A stretch of DNA of 64,000 nucleotides from Vitrella brassicaformis CCMP3155 (lineage: Eukaryota; Protista; Chromerida). This document shows positions 36,786 to 48,900 of this stretch, one piece after another. Location of the stretch: the NCBI GenBank assembly GCA_001179505.1, contig CDMY01000344.1:1-64000 (forward strand), read 5' to 3'. The translations under genes and the position numbers were made by a program. The notes beneath the pieces were generated by a model, which made no database searches, had not been told where the DNA came from, and saw nothing but the letters and a program-made list of their open reading frames with translations. Within the stretch, counting starts at the first letter, position 1. Every line of letters starts with the position of its first letter.

Positions 36786-38507
36786 ATGTTGAAGCAGCGG
36801 ACCACGAGAGCTTTCGTGTGCGCCGAGGCAGGGGCTCTGTTGGTGGAGCAGACCATTCAGCTGCCGGAGCTGCAGCCACACCAAGTGCGAGTGCAGGTAC
36901 GCCGGCAGGCAGCCCAAAAACCATGGCAGATTGCCAGATCCATCCATCCCTCATGTCATGTGTATGTCTGTGTGTGTGCAGATAGATGCGTGTGGCGTTG
37001 CCCCTGCTGATTGCCATTTCGCCAAGGACAGTCAGTTAGTCAGTCACTCAGTCAGTCAGCGGCTGCAGACCGACAGGAGAGATGCATGGATGGGTACTGT
37101 CGCGCGTGTGTGTGTGCAGATTGGGGTGCGAGCACCTTCCCCCTGGTTGCCGGCATTGAGGGTGTGGGGCGGGTGATAGAGGTCGGCTCTCTCGTCAAGA
37201 CACACAACATCGGCGACACCGTGGGCATCGGGTGGGTGACTTCCTCCTGCGGCACATGCGACATGTGCATCAGAGGAATGGACAATCTGTGCAGACAAGG
37301 TATGGTTGGGATATAACCACCACACGTCATGTCACGAAATGACATAAACGTGTGTGCGTGTGTGTGTGTGTGTGACAATCTCTCTCCCTATTCCTCGTGT
37401 CAGGCTACGGCGGTATCTTCCTGGGTGAGAACAGCATGCGCGGCAACTTCACGCGCGAGACCATCGTGGACGCACGGTTCGCCTTCATCCTGCCACCCGG
37501 AATGGACCCCCTCTCCGCAGTGCCTTTCATGTGTGCCGGTATGACGGTATACGCGCCCCTGCGAGAGCACGTCACGGGGCCCGACATGAGGGTGGGCATC
37601 ATCTCGGTGGGCGCGCTGGGCCATCTGGCAGTGCAGTTTGCGCGAGTTATGGGCTGCCAGGTATGGTATGCACTCACCCAGACAGACAGACAGACAGACA
37701 GGCAGCCATGTGTGTGGAAGTGTGTTTGGCTATGGTTGTGTGTGCAGGTGAGCGTCTTTTCGACGAGCCCCTGGAAAGAGCCCGACTGCCGCCAGTGGGG
37801 GGCGGACAGATTCGTGGTCAGCCAGACGGAGAGAGTAAAGACAGAGACCGTGAGTGCGTCTCTCCATCTGTCTATGTCTGTGTCTTGTGTGTGTATGCTA
37901 TGCTGTGCACGCAGCTGAGCACCGACGCCGCTCAGATGGAGGCCCAGGCCAACACATGCGATCTGCTCGTCGACTGCTGCCACGAGGCCATCGACATCAA
38001 GGCACGTATCCCCTTAACCCCTACCCCCCACCACACACACACACACACACATCGCAATTGATGCATCCATCCATCCATTTGTCCATCCATCTATCATCGA
38101 TGAGTGCAGGCGTACATGAACATCCTTCGTGCGGGCGGCAAATTGGCCTTCGTGAGCATCCTCCCGCCCAAGGACACGCCGTCGATCGAGGTGCCGCTCA
38201 TGCCGATGGTGTTCGGGCAGAAGAGTGTGTGTGGGTCGATTGTCGCCGGCACGCGAGATGCGATGGAGATGCTGCGGGTGGCCGCCGCACACGGCGTGAC
38301 GCCCTCCATTGAGACCATGCCATTCACCAAGGTAAGCAGCAGAAGGGAGGGCGTTTCTCGGCGGTGTGGAGATTTGTGTGTGTTTGGTTTGGTCTGGTTT
38401 GGTGTGGTTGGTTGCAGGTCAACGAGGCGATTGATCGCGTGTTGAGCGGCGACCACAAGGGCTACCGCATTGTGCTCACGCACGACAACGACAACACACA
38501 CAACTGA
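36786..38507 (+). CDS. Medium-chain dehydrogenase/reductase, cinnamyl-alcohol-dehydrogenase-like, with altered catalytic zinc site
   Basis: The structural Zn motif CGTCDMCIRGMDNLC is intact. Other motifs are PFMCAGMTVY, GIISVGALGHLAVQFARVMG, VFSTSPWKE and GYRIVL*. The catalytic-site motifs read CGVAPAD and AGIEGVG. Confidence 0.88.
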
Positions 38508-40654
38508 CCTGACTCACGACTCGACTGGCCGCCTCGCGCTGTTTTTTTCGGGCACTGCCATGCCCATTGGTGCGATGTGCACTGTATGTCTTTGATTGAC
38601 CGGCGGGGAGGTGAGAGAAGACCGACTTGTCTGTCTTTGTTTGCTTCTTTCATTGTGTGCGCCCCTGTTGTGTGCGTACGGTCGGTAAGAGAGGGAGTGA
38701 GGCAGTGGGTGGGGTACGGGTCGGCCGATGAGGGCGACAGACAGAGATTTTTGAGGCGCTGGCTGCGCTTTTTTTGCGCTGATTTCCTTCCTTGCTTCCG
38801 TCCGTCCTGCCTTGGGTGCAGGGTGTGTAGGGGTAGGGCTGGCTGTGTATGTGACGGTAAGCGCATCTCGTGTGTATGTGCGACATGACGTGAGATGAGA
38901 TGAGATGCCTGCGGTGATGCATGATTGTATGATGTGGTTTGCGCGGCCCGCCCAATCAGGGAGGGCCTGTCCGCCTGCCTTTTTTGCTTGCTGCCCCTGT
39001 GTGAGGTGACGTGTCTGTCTGTCTGCTGGTGTCTTTTCTGTCTGTCGATCACATCAAGGGATGTGTTTCTTTATCAATCACTACGTCTGTGTGGGCTGGG
39101 TGGGGCGTGAGTGAGTGTATGGATGGTGAAGAGAGAGGTACGGTACATGCATCAAATCAATGCGATAATAAGTGCACTCATTGATTGACTGACTGATGTA
39201 TGGAGTGAGTGATTGCGGTTGCGCGCAAAGGCCAAAGGTCACTCACTCACGCACATGGCATGGCATGGCATGGCACTGCAATCACAGCATCAATCAACAG
39301 ACCGACCGACCGCCCGACTCGACCGCCGGCTGGCTCGGCCCGGCCGCATTGTCAGTCGCACACACGTTGGTTGGCACACACCACACACACACACACACAC
39401 AGAGGGCCACGAAGAATTACGCATGCAAATGCACGCACACATGGACACATAAACGAAACGCATGGATGGCATCTATGGTATGTACGAATCGATCAATCGA
39501 TCGACTGACGCGCTCTCTCACCCAACCCCACCCAACCACAGCCCAGGCAAATCGGTCTGTCTGCCTGCCTGCTTGGGTGTGTATGCTGCTGCTGCTGCTG
39601 GTGGTGGTGGTGTGTGTGTGATGGGCGTGTGTGTGTTGGGTTGGTGTGGGTGGTGGTGCGTGTGTCGTGTCGGCCTCCCTGCATGGCACACACTCATGGT
39701 TGGACAGTAAGTAATGCCACAGCGAGGGCAACAGGACATCACACATACACACAGGCAAGGCAAGGCAAGGCAGGGACACAGAAACACAGATCGATAGATC
39801 GATGTATAGATATATATAAACACCCACCCCTTAATTGTCGCATCTCATTGCATCGCCCCCGCCACCCCACACCCACACCTCATAGACAACAGACGGCGAA
39901 AAACGAGTAAGTAGGCACACCCATACGTAGCACACAGCACACACACCCCTCTCGAACTGACAGACAGACAGACGTGCACGGATACACGGACATATATATA
40001 TAGAGAGAGAGAGAGAGAGTGAGAGAGAGAGTAAGTCGCCCCCAGACAGACAGACAGACAGACACGCACACACGAGTAAGAGCAAAACCTGTGTGTGTGG
40101 ATTACATACATANNNNNNNNNNNNNNNNNNNNNNNNNNNNNNNNNNNNNNNNNNNNNNNNNNNNNNNNNNNNNNNNNNNNNNNNNNNNNNNNNNNNNNNN
40201 NNNNNNNNNNNNNNNNNNNNNNNNNNNNNNNNNNNNNNNNNNNNNNNNNNNNNNNNNNNNNNNNNNNNNNNNNNNNNNNNNNNNNNNNNNNNNNNNNNNN
40301 NNNNNNNNNNNNNNNNNNNNNNNNNNNNNNNNNNNNNNNNNNNNNNNNNNNNNNNNNNNNNNNNNNNNNNNNNNNNNNNNNNNNNNNNNNNNNNNNNNNN
40401 NNNNNNNNNNNNTCATAGGCGTGGCGATCCGACCGATCCACGGAATAGACAGGCACGAAAAGACACGAAAATAGATAGATAGCTACCTCCACTCAACAAC
40501 TCAGAAAGAGAGAGACCGATACATCTCATCTCATATGATCTGAGCTGATCTATGTGCTCTGCACGGCTACCCAGCTGGCTGCACCTGTTCTTCTTTCTCT
40601 ATGGCTGTCCGTCAAGTCAATCTGCCTCTGTCTTGTCTAGGTGACTGTACGCAC

Positions 40655-40723
40655 GCAGCGCAGCGCAGCGCAGCGCAGCACAGCGCAGCGCAGCGCAGCG
40701 CAGCACAGCGCAGCGCAGCACAG
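40655..40723. repeat. (GCAGC)n pentanucleotide microsatellite
   Basis: Directly visible run of gcagc units with occasional acagc variants. Confidence 0.85.
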
Positions 40724-41455
40724 GGGAGGGAGGGAGGGAGAGGAAAGCCGCGAGAAACACTCGGCCGGCCGGAAGGCGGTGGTAAGTCAGGTTAGTTAAA
40801 TAGACCGCGCACACACACAGACGCACACTCATCCTCACCCGCGCAGCCCGCCCCCTCACACACAAAACAAAAAGCCACCTACCCAGCCCCCAGTCAGTCA
40901 ACACCAGTAATCATTCCTTGGTGCGAGCGAGCAAGAATGAACTTGAATCCAATGAATGCCTCATCGACTCGACGGGGGGACCGGACCGATGGTCACATTC
41001 AAAAACGACACTGACTGTCGACACACTGACAGACACGCTGACAGACAGACAGACAGCCGTACTCTAGAGTAGTAGACGACATGAGATGAGATATAGCATG
41101 CACACTCGCACACAGAGAGAGAGAGAATGACAACGGGGGGGGGGGGGGGGGGGGGNNNNNNNNNNNNNNNNNNNNNNNNNNNNNNNNNNNNNNNNNNNNN
41201 NNNNNNNNNNNNNNNNNNNNNNNNNNNNNNNNNNNNNNNNNNNNNNNNNNNNNNNNNNNNNNNNNNNNNNNNNNNNNNNNNNNNNNNNNNNNNNNNNNNN
41301 NNNNNNNNNNNNNNNNNNNNNNNNNNNNNNNNNNNNNNNNNNNNNNNNNNNNNNNNNNNNNNNNNNNNNNNNNNNNNNNNNNNNNNNNNNNNNNNNNNNN
41401 NNNNNNNNNNNNNNNNNNNNNNNNNNNNNNNNNNNNNNNNNNNNNNNNNNNNNNN

Positions 41456-42331
41456 GGAGGGGAGGAGGGGAGGAGGGACAGCACGGCCAGTGCCCGTGCA
41501 TTCAAAATGGTCTCACGCAGGCAGGGGCGGGGGAGGCAGACAGACAAGGCCACTAACACAATACAATCAGGCAGCCGGCCCCTTGCTGTCAGGAGCGTGT
41601 ACGCGGCTACGTATAGACAGACAGACAGACAGACCCATCCACCCCATCCCACCCATATGCGGCAGCATAGCAGCCATAATGCCGTGCAAACAGCAACGGA
41701 CTGATAGCAGGCAGCATCCACCACATCAATCATATCAATCATCCTGTGCGCCTTATCGACGCACCATCCATCCATCCATCTATCTATCCAATCGTCAGAG
41801 CATTCAGGCATCCCGAGAATGACCGAAAGACACACACACACACACACAAATGCACTCACACACAAGGTCACACGCACGCACGCAAAGGGGGAGGGGAGGA
41901 GGGGAGGAGGGGAGGAGGGACAGCACGGCCAGTGCCCGTGCATTCAAAATGGTCTCACGCAGGCAGGGGCGGGGGAGGCAGACAGACAAGGCCACTAACA
42001 CAATACAATCAGGCAGCCGGCCCCTTGCTGTCAGGAGCGTGTACGCGGCTACGTATAGACAGACAGACAGACAGACCCATCCACCCCATCCCACCCATAT
42101 GCGGCAGCATAGCAGCCATAATGCCGTGCAAACAGCAACGGACTGATAGCAGGCAGCATCCACCACATCAATCATATCAATCATCCTGTGCGCCTTATCG
42201 ACGCACCATCCATCCATCCATCTATCTATCCAATCGTCAGAGCATTCAGGCATCCCGAGAATGACCGAAAGACACACACACACACACACAAATGCACTCA
42301 CACACAAGGTCACACGCACGCACGCAAAGGG
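41456..42331. repeat. Tandem duplication, period about 442 bp, 2 copies, between two assembly gaps
   Basis: gacagcacggccagtgcccg starts at both 41477 and 41919. The copies look identical by eye. Confidence 0.85.
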
Positions 42332-42654
42332 CTGCGTGCGGCCTCTCGTTGCTTNNNNNNNNNNNNNNNNNNNNNNNNNNNNNNNNNNNNNNNNNNNNNN
42401 NNNNNNNNNNNNNNNNNNNNNNNNNNNNNNNNNNNNNNNNNNNNNNNNNNNNNNNNNNNNNNNNNNNNNNNNNNNNNNNNNNNNNNNNNNNNNNNNNNNN
42501 NNNNNNNNNNNNNNNNNNNNNNNNNNNNNNNNNNNNNNNNNNNNNNNNNNNNNNNNNNNNNNNNNNNNNNNNNNNNNNNNNNNNNNNNNNNNNNNNNNNN
42601 NNNNNNNNNNNNNNNNNNNNNNNNNNNNNNNNNNNNNNNNNNNNNNNNNNNNNN

Positions 42655-43755
42655 CACACATACACCAGTACGATCGCTTCTTCTCGTACACCAAAAAGAC
42701 CGGTGTTGACACACAAACATGACACGCTTCAGCACCCGCACACACAGAAAGATGCCCTCCCTCCCTCCCTCCCTGTGTTTGTCATGACTCCCTCCCTCTC
42801 CCTCCCTCCCTCCCTCCCTCTGTCTGTCCCAGCCACTGAGCCACTGAGCCACTGAGCCATCGAGTATGTGAGTACGCGTGAGTGCGAGTGAGTGAGTGGG
42901 TGAGTGCCAGAAAAAAGCTCCATCGATGCAGACAGATAGACAGGCAGGCAAGGCATCCGTCCGTCAAGACGGAAAGGAAGAAACAAAGAAACACACACAC
43001 ACACACACACAGCTGAGTGAGTGAGGCTGACGAAAGGGGGACAAACGCACAGACAAACGGACAAACAGACAAACAGAAACTCAGACCGATCGACACAGAC
43101 ACACGGAAATAAAGAGAGATTGGGAGAGAGGGACATACAGAGAGATAGATGTGCCCCTAAACAGCCGGACAGACAGACGACAGGCAGACGTACCCCCCCC
43201 CCCATACACACACACACACACATACACCAGTACGATCGCTTCTTCTCGTACACCAAAAAGACCGGTGTTGACACACAAACATGACACGCTTCAGCACCCG
43301 CACACACAGAAAGATGCCCTCCCTCCCTCCCTCCCTGTGTTTGTCATGACTCCCTCCCTCTCCCTCCCTCCCTCCCTCCCTCTGTCTGTCCCAGCCACTG
43401 AGCCACTGAGCCACTGAGCCATCGAGTATGTGAGTACGCGTGAGTGCGAGTGAGTGAGTGGGTGAGTGCCAGAAAAAAGCTCCATCGATGCAGACAGATA
43501 GACAGGCAGGCAAGGCATCCGTCCGTCAAGACGGAAAGGAAGAAACAAAGAAACACACACACACACACACACAGCTGAGTGAGTGAGGCTGACGAAAGGG
43601 GGACAAACGCACAGACAAACGGACAAACAGACAAACAGAAACTCAGACCGATCGACACAGACACACGGAAATAAAGAGAGATTGGGAGAGAGGGACATAC
43701 AGAGAGATAGATGTGCCCCTAAACAGCCGGACAGACAGACGACAGGCAGACGTAC
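42655..43755. repeat. Tandem duplication, period about 562 bp, 2 copies, adjacent to a gap
   Basis: catacaccagtacgatcg starts at both 42659 and 43221, and both units end ggcagacgtac (43193 and 43755). Confidence 0.85.
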
Positions 43756-44229
43756 ATGACCCGAGCCCACCTCTCCCCCACCCACCCACCCACCCACCCA
43801 CCAGCAGCACCAGCACCACACCAGCACCAAAGAACCAGCAAAAACTCTTCTCGCGTGGATGGGTGNNNNNNNNNNNNNNNNNNNNNNNNNNNNNNNNNNN
43901 NNNNNNNNNNNNNNNNNNNNNNNNNNNNNNNNNNNNNNNNNNNNNNNNNNNNNNNNNNNNNNNNNNNNNNNNNNNNNNNNNNNNNNNNNNNNNNNNNNNN
44001 NNNNNNNNNNNNNNNNNNNNNNNNNNNNNNNNNNNNNNNNNNNNNNNNNNNNNNNNNNNNNNNNNNNNNNNNNNNNNNNNNNNNNNNNNNNNNNNNNNNN
44101 NNNNNNNNNNNNNNNNNNNNNNNNNNNNNNNNNNNNNNNNNNNNNNNNNNNNNNNNNNNNNNNNNAACAGCCCCCTCCACCCCTCCCCGCCTCCCCTCTG
44201 TCCCATCAGTCCATCAGTCAGTCCATCAG

Positions 44230-45879
44230 TCAGTCCCCCAGCTTGGCCGTCACGCGAGTGCTGGTGTATGTGGGTCGCCTGGGGCCGCTCCTGTGCACCC
44301 GCACACTCGGTGAGGGGGGCGTCACCGTCAAGGTCACCAAAGGCGGCCCGTACACACTCGCCGTCAGTGAGGGGACGGCGGACAGGTTCTTGTACATCGA
44401 CGACGCCGGCGGCGTCTGCGCCTGCGCCTGGGCGTGTGCGTGTGCCGATGCGGGTGGCGTGTGTACCGGGGCGTAGTTGGTGCTGGCTGCCGACGGGGTG
44501 GCCTCGAACATCATGTCCTCGGTCTTGAAGCGCTCTTGTGGGGGGATGGATGTGGTCTGGTTGGTGCTGTTGGTGATGGTCTGTGTGCAGAGGTTGGTGA
44601 AGGGCGTGCTCTCGGAGGGGCACATGGCGCTCTCGACGCTCTGCAGGCTGCGCGTGACGCCCCGCGAGTAGAGCCGCGTGTTGGGCGGGGTGAGCACCGT
44701 GGGGTTGATCTCCTCCTCCTCATCGTCGTGGGCAAGGTCCTCGCCAGCATGGGTGCCCGGGTCGATGGTTTCTTCGCTCATGGGGGTGAAGGGGTTCGCG
44801 CCGGACAGACAGCGCTCGAACTGGTCTGTCAGGGGGCTCTTGGTCCTGACACACACACACACACACACATACATACACACACGAAAGATGTGGTTTGAAA
44901 AAGACTGGTTGGGCAGGTTGTGTGTGTGTGTGTGTAATGGGTACTTCTCACCTTGCGGGCGGGGTCTTGTTGTGGCCGCCCTGCTGCTGTTGTGGTGGTG
45001 CCGCCTCACGCAACTGCTGCTGCTGCTGCTGCTGCCGCTGCTGCAACATAAAGGGGATGGCATTGGCACCCGGCCCCGCCACACCACTCGACGACGCAGA
45101 AGTGGACACCTCCCTGTGGGGCTGCTGCTGTTGCTGCAGCTGCAGCTGCTGCTGCTCCCGCTGCTGCTTCATCATGATTCGGTGCTTGTTGTAGGAGGAG
45201 AATGGCCTGCTGCGGGGGAGGTCCTGGTCGAAGAGGCATGAGAGATCGCCGGTGGAGAAGGGCAGGGGCTGGAGCGGGGTGGACTGGGGGTCGCTGGGCT
45301 GACGCATGCGGTCAATCAGGTTGTCGAAACTGATCTTGATGTTCTTCTGCAAACAAAGGGGAGACAGATAGAGAAAGGGACGGGGTGTGCGTGTGGTGTG
45401 TGGGTGGCTGTGCTGTGGTGTGGGTGACTGACCTGTTTGATCCTGAGACAGCTTTCCCATCGGTTCTTGTTCTGCTGCATCTCACGCAGCACGTCCTTCT
45501 GCACACACCAAGACACACACAGCACAGAGGGGTCGGTGATGGGATGCTCCTGTCAGTCCTGATGGGCCGACCTACCTCGAGGAGGCCCGACTCGTCAAGT
45601 GATGCGAGGATTTGAAAGACGTCCATGCACATGACACTGATGAAGTACCGCTGCGAGTCGGCGATGTCGAGCGAGTGTCTGTCGCCCAGCACCCACTTGG
45701 GCAATCCCATACGGGTCTCCTCGTCACCCTGACAGACAGGACACACAGCACACATCACTCACATGGTGGGCCATCCATCCATCCATCCATCCACACACAA
45801 ATGCTCACCTGATCGAAGAACTCGGCCGTCACGCGCCGTGTCCACTCCCTGTGAGTGCGAGAACACACACCACAGGCCG

Positions 45880-45911
<32 letters not shown>

Positions 45912-48900
45912 TTCTGTGAAGGTGTTGCAGTGTGGTAGGGTTGCTGTGCTTACAGGTGTTGTGTCCACTCCTTGGCAGCGTGGGATATGTCTGCGGCTTT
46001 GATGCACATCTGGCACACCATCCAGCTGCACATCACAAGACATGAGATAGATAGATGCGCACATGCACTTCACTCAGGGATTGCAATGACAGATAGATTG
46101 TGTCGGTGACACTCTCTCTCTCTGTGTGTGTGTGTGTGTGTGCGCTTACGAGTCGTGTGCATTCTTGAGATACTCAAAGGGCTGCAACGCAACGAGGCAG
46201 GCACACGCACACACGAATGAGCACACCTGCAATGCAATACGGCCGTGAGCCGGCGTCCCCACCTACCCGTGTGATTTCCCCCTCCTTGCTCTCGCCCTTC
46301 ATCTTGATGCGCATCTTGCTGGCCTTCTCGCCGTTGTCACTGATGTCAGTCGCCAATATCAAGTCGATCTATACATTCCACTCACGCGCAGCACACACCA
46401 CACAGCAACCATTCATTTGTCACGTCACACACACTGACTGATGCGATGCGATGCGTCCATACGTGTGCCGTGCCTGCATTGCATTGCATACCACTTTGGC
46501 GCGAATGTCTTTCCACTGCTGGCCGGTGAGGAAACCCAGGAAGTTGTTCCGCGGCGCAGTCAGCAGCTGACGGACATGACGCCCACACCACACGACCACA
46601 ACCACAACCACACGCACATCACATGCCAGGTGAGCTGCCACTTGTATGTGTGTATGTGTGTGTGCCTACGTGGAAGGTGAGGGCCGAGTGAAAGTGCTCC
46701 ATCGGCGACATGTCGTTGTACAAGACGGCCCACTGCACACACACAACGACACGCAGCACAGCACAGCATAGCAATGTCAGTCAGTATTGGCACACACACT
46801 CGCTGGTGTCTGGTCTGACCTTGTGTGAAGTGGCCTTGAGGAAATCGTTGTTGCGGCCGAAATGGCCGACCTGCACAGACACAGATCACACCACAACATG
46901 TTCACCGTGCATCCATCGCTGTCCTTCCTTGTGTGTGTGGCTGGGTTGCAGTTGGTGCCCACGCACATCGTGGCAGAGGGCGGCCATGGCGAGTGCCAGT
47001 TGGTCGATCTCGGTGAAGACCTCGCTCTCCCACATGCCCAGCTGACGCACCAGATACACCGACGAGTGACACACCTCTACCGCATGCCACTACAAACAAC
47101 ACACACCACACAACACACAAAAAACGATCCCAATGCCAGCAGGGCAGGCTGCTCACACGACTTACGAAGTTGTGGTATAGGTTGGGCATGTAGGCGTCCT
47201 CGACGTCTTTGAGGAAGTGCGTAAGCCGCCTTGCCAGCTCGTCGTGCTTGAGGCGACCCTCGCTGCGCCACATGTGGTAGAACTTCTTCTCCCCCACACC
47301 GCCCCCGCCGCCCCCCGCACCACCGTCCTGTCGTGCGTGCGGTGCGCCGTCGTTGAGTAGGGCCACGATGGGGTAACAGAACTCAAAACCCACCTTAACC
47401 AACAGCTGCAGACAGAACGGCCAGCGAGAGATAACGCCACGCACGTGTCGATTTGTGTGTCTGTGTGTGTGTGTGTGTGTACCTGTGTGCCCCCCGGTGT
47501 CCTGCCCAGGTCTTCCCCCGCCTTGAGTGTGTCCCAATTCCATTCGTGCGAAAACCCCGCCTGCAACTTGGTCTGCATGCCATGGCATGGACCCCACCGC
47601 ACAGACAGAGAGGCATGAGGCCAGGCGAGGCGTGTGCGCGTGTGACGGGCGGACGGACTTACCGTTTTTGCCTTCTCCACCCAGACGTCCACTTCGTCTC
47701 TCTGACAGCCGTCGGCCGACGTGTCATCCCCGCCACCACCACCAGCAATACCCTAGGGACACGCGACAGACAGACACGCAGTGATTGCAATTGACCCAAC
47801 GACACGACACACCCACAGTCCATCCGTCCATCCATGATCGCGTACGTCAGTGCCGAGTGCGGGTGAGGTCTGCGACCTCCTGGGCGGCTGCTTGAGCGCC
47901 ACGAGGCTGCTGGAGGATGTGCTGGCACCGAGGGGCTCCCTCCTGCTGTCGTAGACGGGGGGCGTGGGGGACCGGCGCAGACGCTCGCTCTTGTGGTGCT
48001 GGGCTGATACAGACGACGAGTGGCCGCCAGCACTGGTGCTCGCGCGACGCATCTTCAGAGTCAGCGGACGATTCCTGACAGACACCAGAGACAGGACAGC
48101 CACGTTGCGCATCTCTGTACGTCTGTCTGTGCGAGTGTGGAGGATTGATGACCTTGACGGCGGGCTGACTAGTGTGTCTGGGTTGTGTGTGGTGTGCTCG
48201 TCGGGGGAGGAGTGCGTGTCGCTGTGCGCCAGGGGGTCGTCGTGGATCGTCAACGACTGCATAGCAGACACACACATACACACATACACACATGCACACA
48301 GACGTCTTCTGTGTGCTGTGGTGTGCTGTGCTGTGGTATGCATGATGCTGTACGTACGATGTCTCGTGGGCTGTTCCCGCCTTTGTTTCTCATCCTGGGT
48401 GTGGAGGCGAAGTGATACCGCTGAGTGGAGGCGAAGATCTGCTGGTGGAATATGCGCTCCTGCACACACAACACAAAGCACAAGACAGACAGACACACCA
48501 CACCACACGTGTGTAAATGTCGTCTGCGTGTGGACGGACGGCTGGGCGCAGTGATGTGATGTACCATTGAGGATGCGTTCTTGCTCATCTGTTGGTTGGC
48601 GTCGATGTCGAGAAGCCCGTCAGAATGGCGCAGCGTCTTGATGCACTCCTCCATCAGAGACTAGAGAAACACACAGACACACAAAGATAGACGGATGAGT
48701 GTGGTGTGGTGTGTGACGTGTCTGTCTGGCTGCGTTGTGTGTACGTGTGTTTCTTCCAGTCTGTTCCTGGTGTGCTGCATGAGTGACGACGAGCTCCGCT
48801 TCACTCCCTCAGCCATCATACGCAACACGTTCTTACTCGCAGTCTGCACACACACACATTATATACACACACACACACACACACACAGGCAGATATATGG

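Noticed and set aside
41456-43755. Repeats considered as a CRISPR array or LTR pair
   Set aside because: The units are long and directly adjacent, with no spacers, TG..CA termini, TSDs or internal coding sequence.
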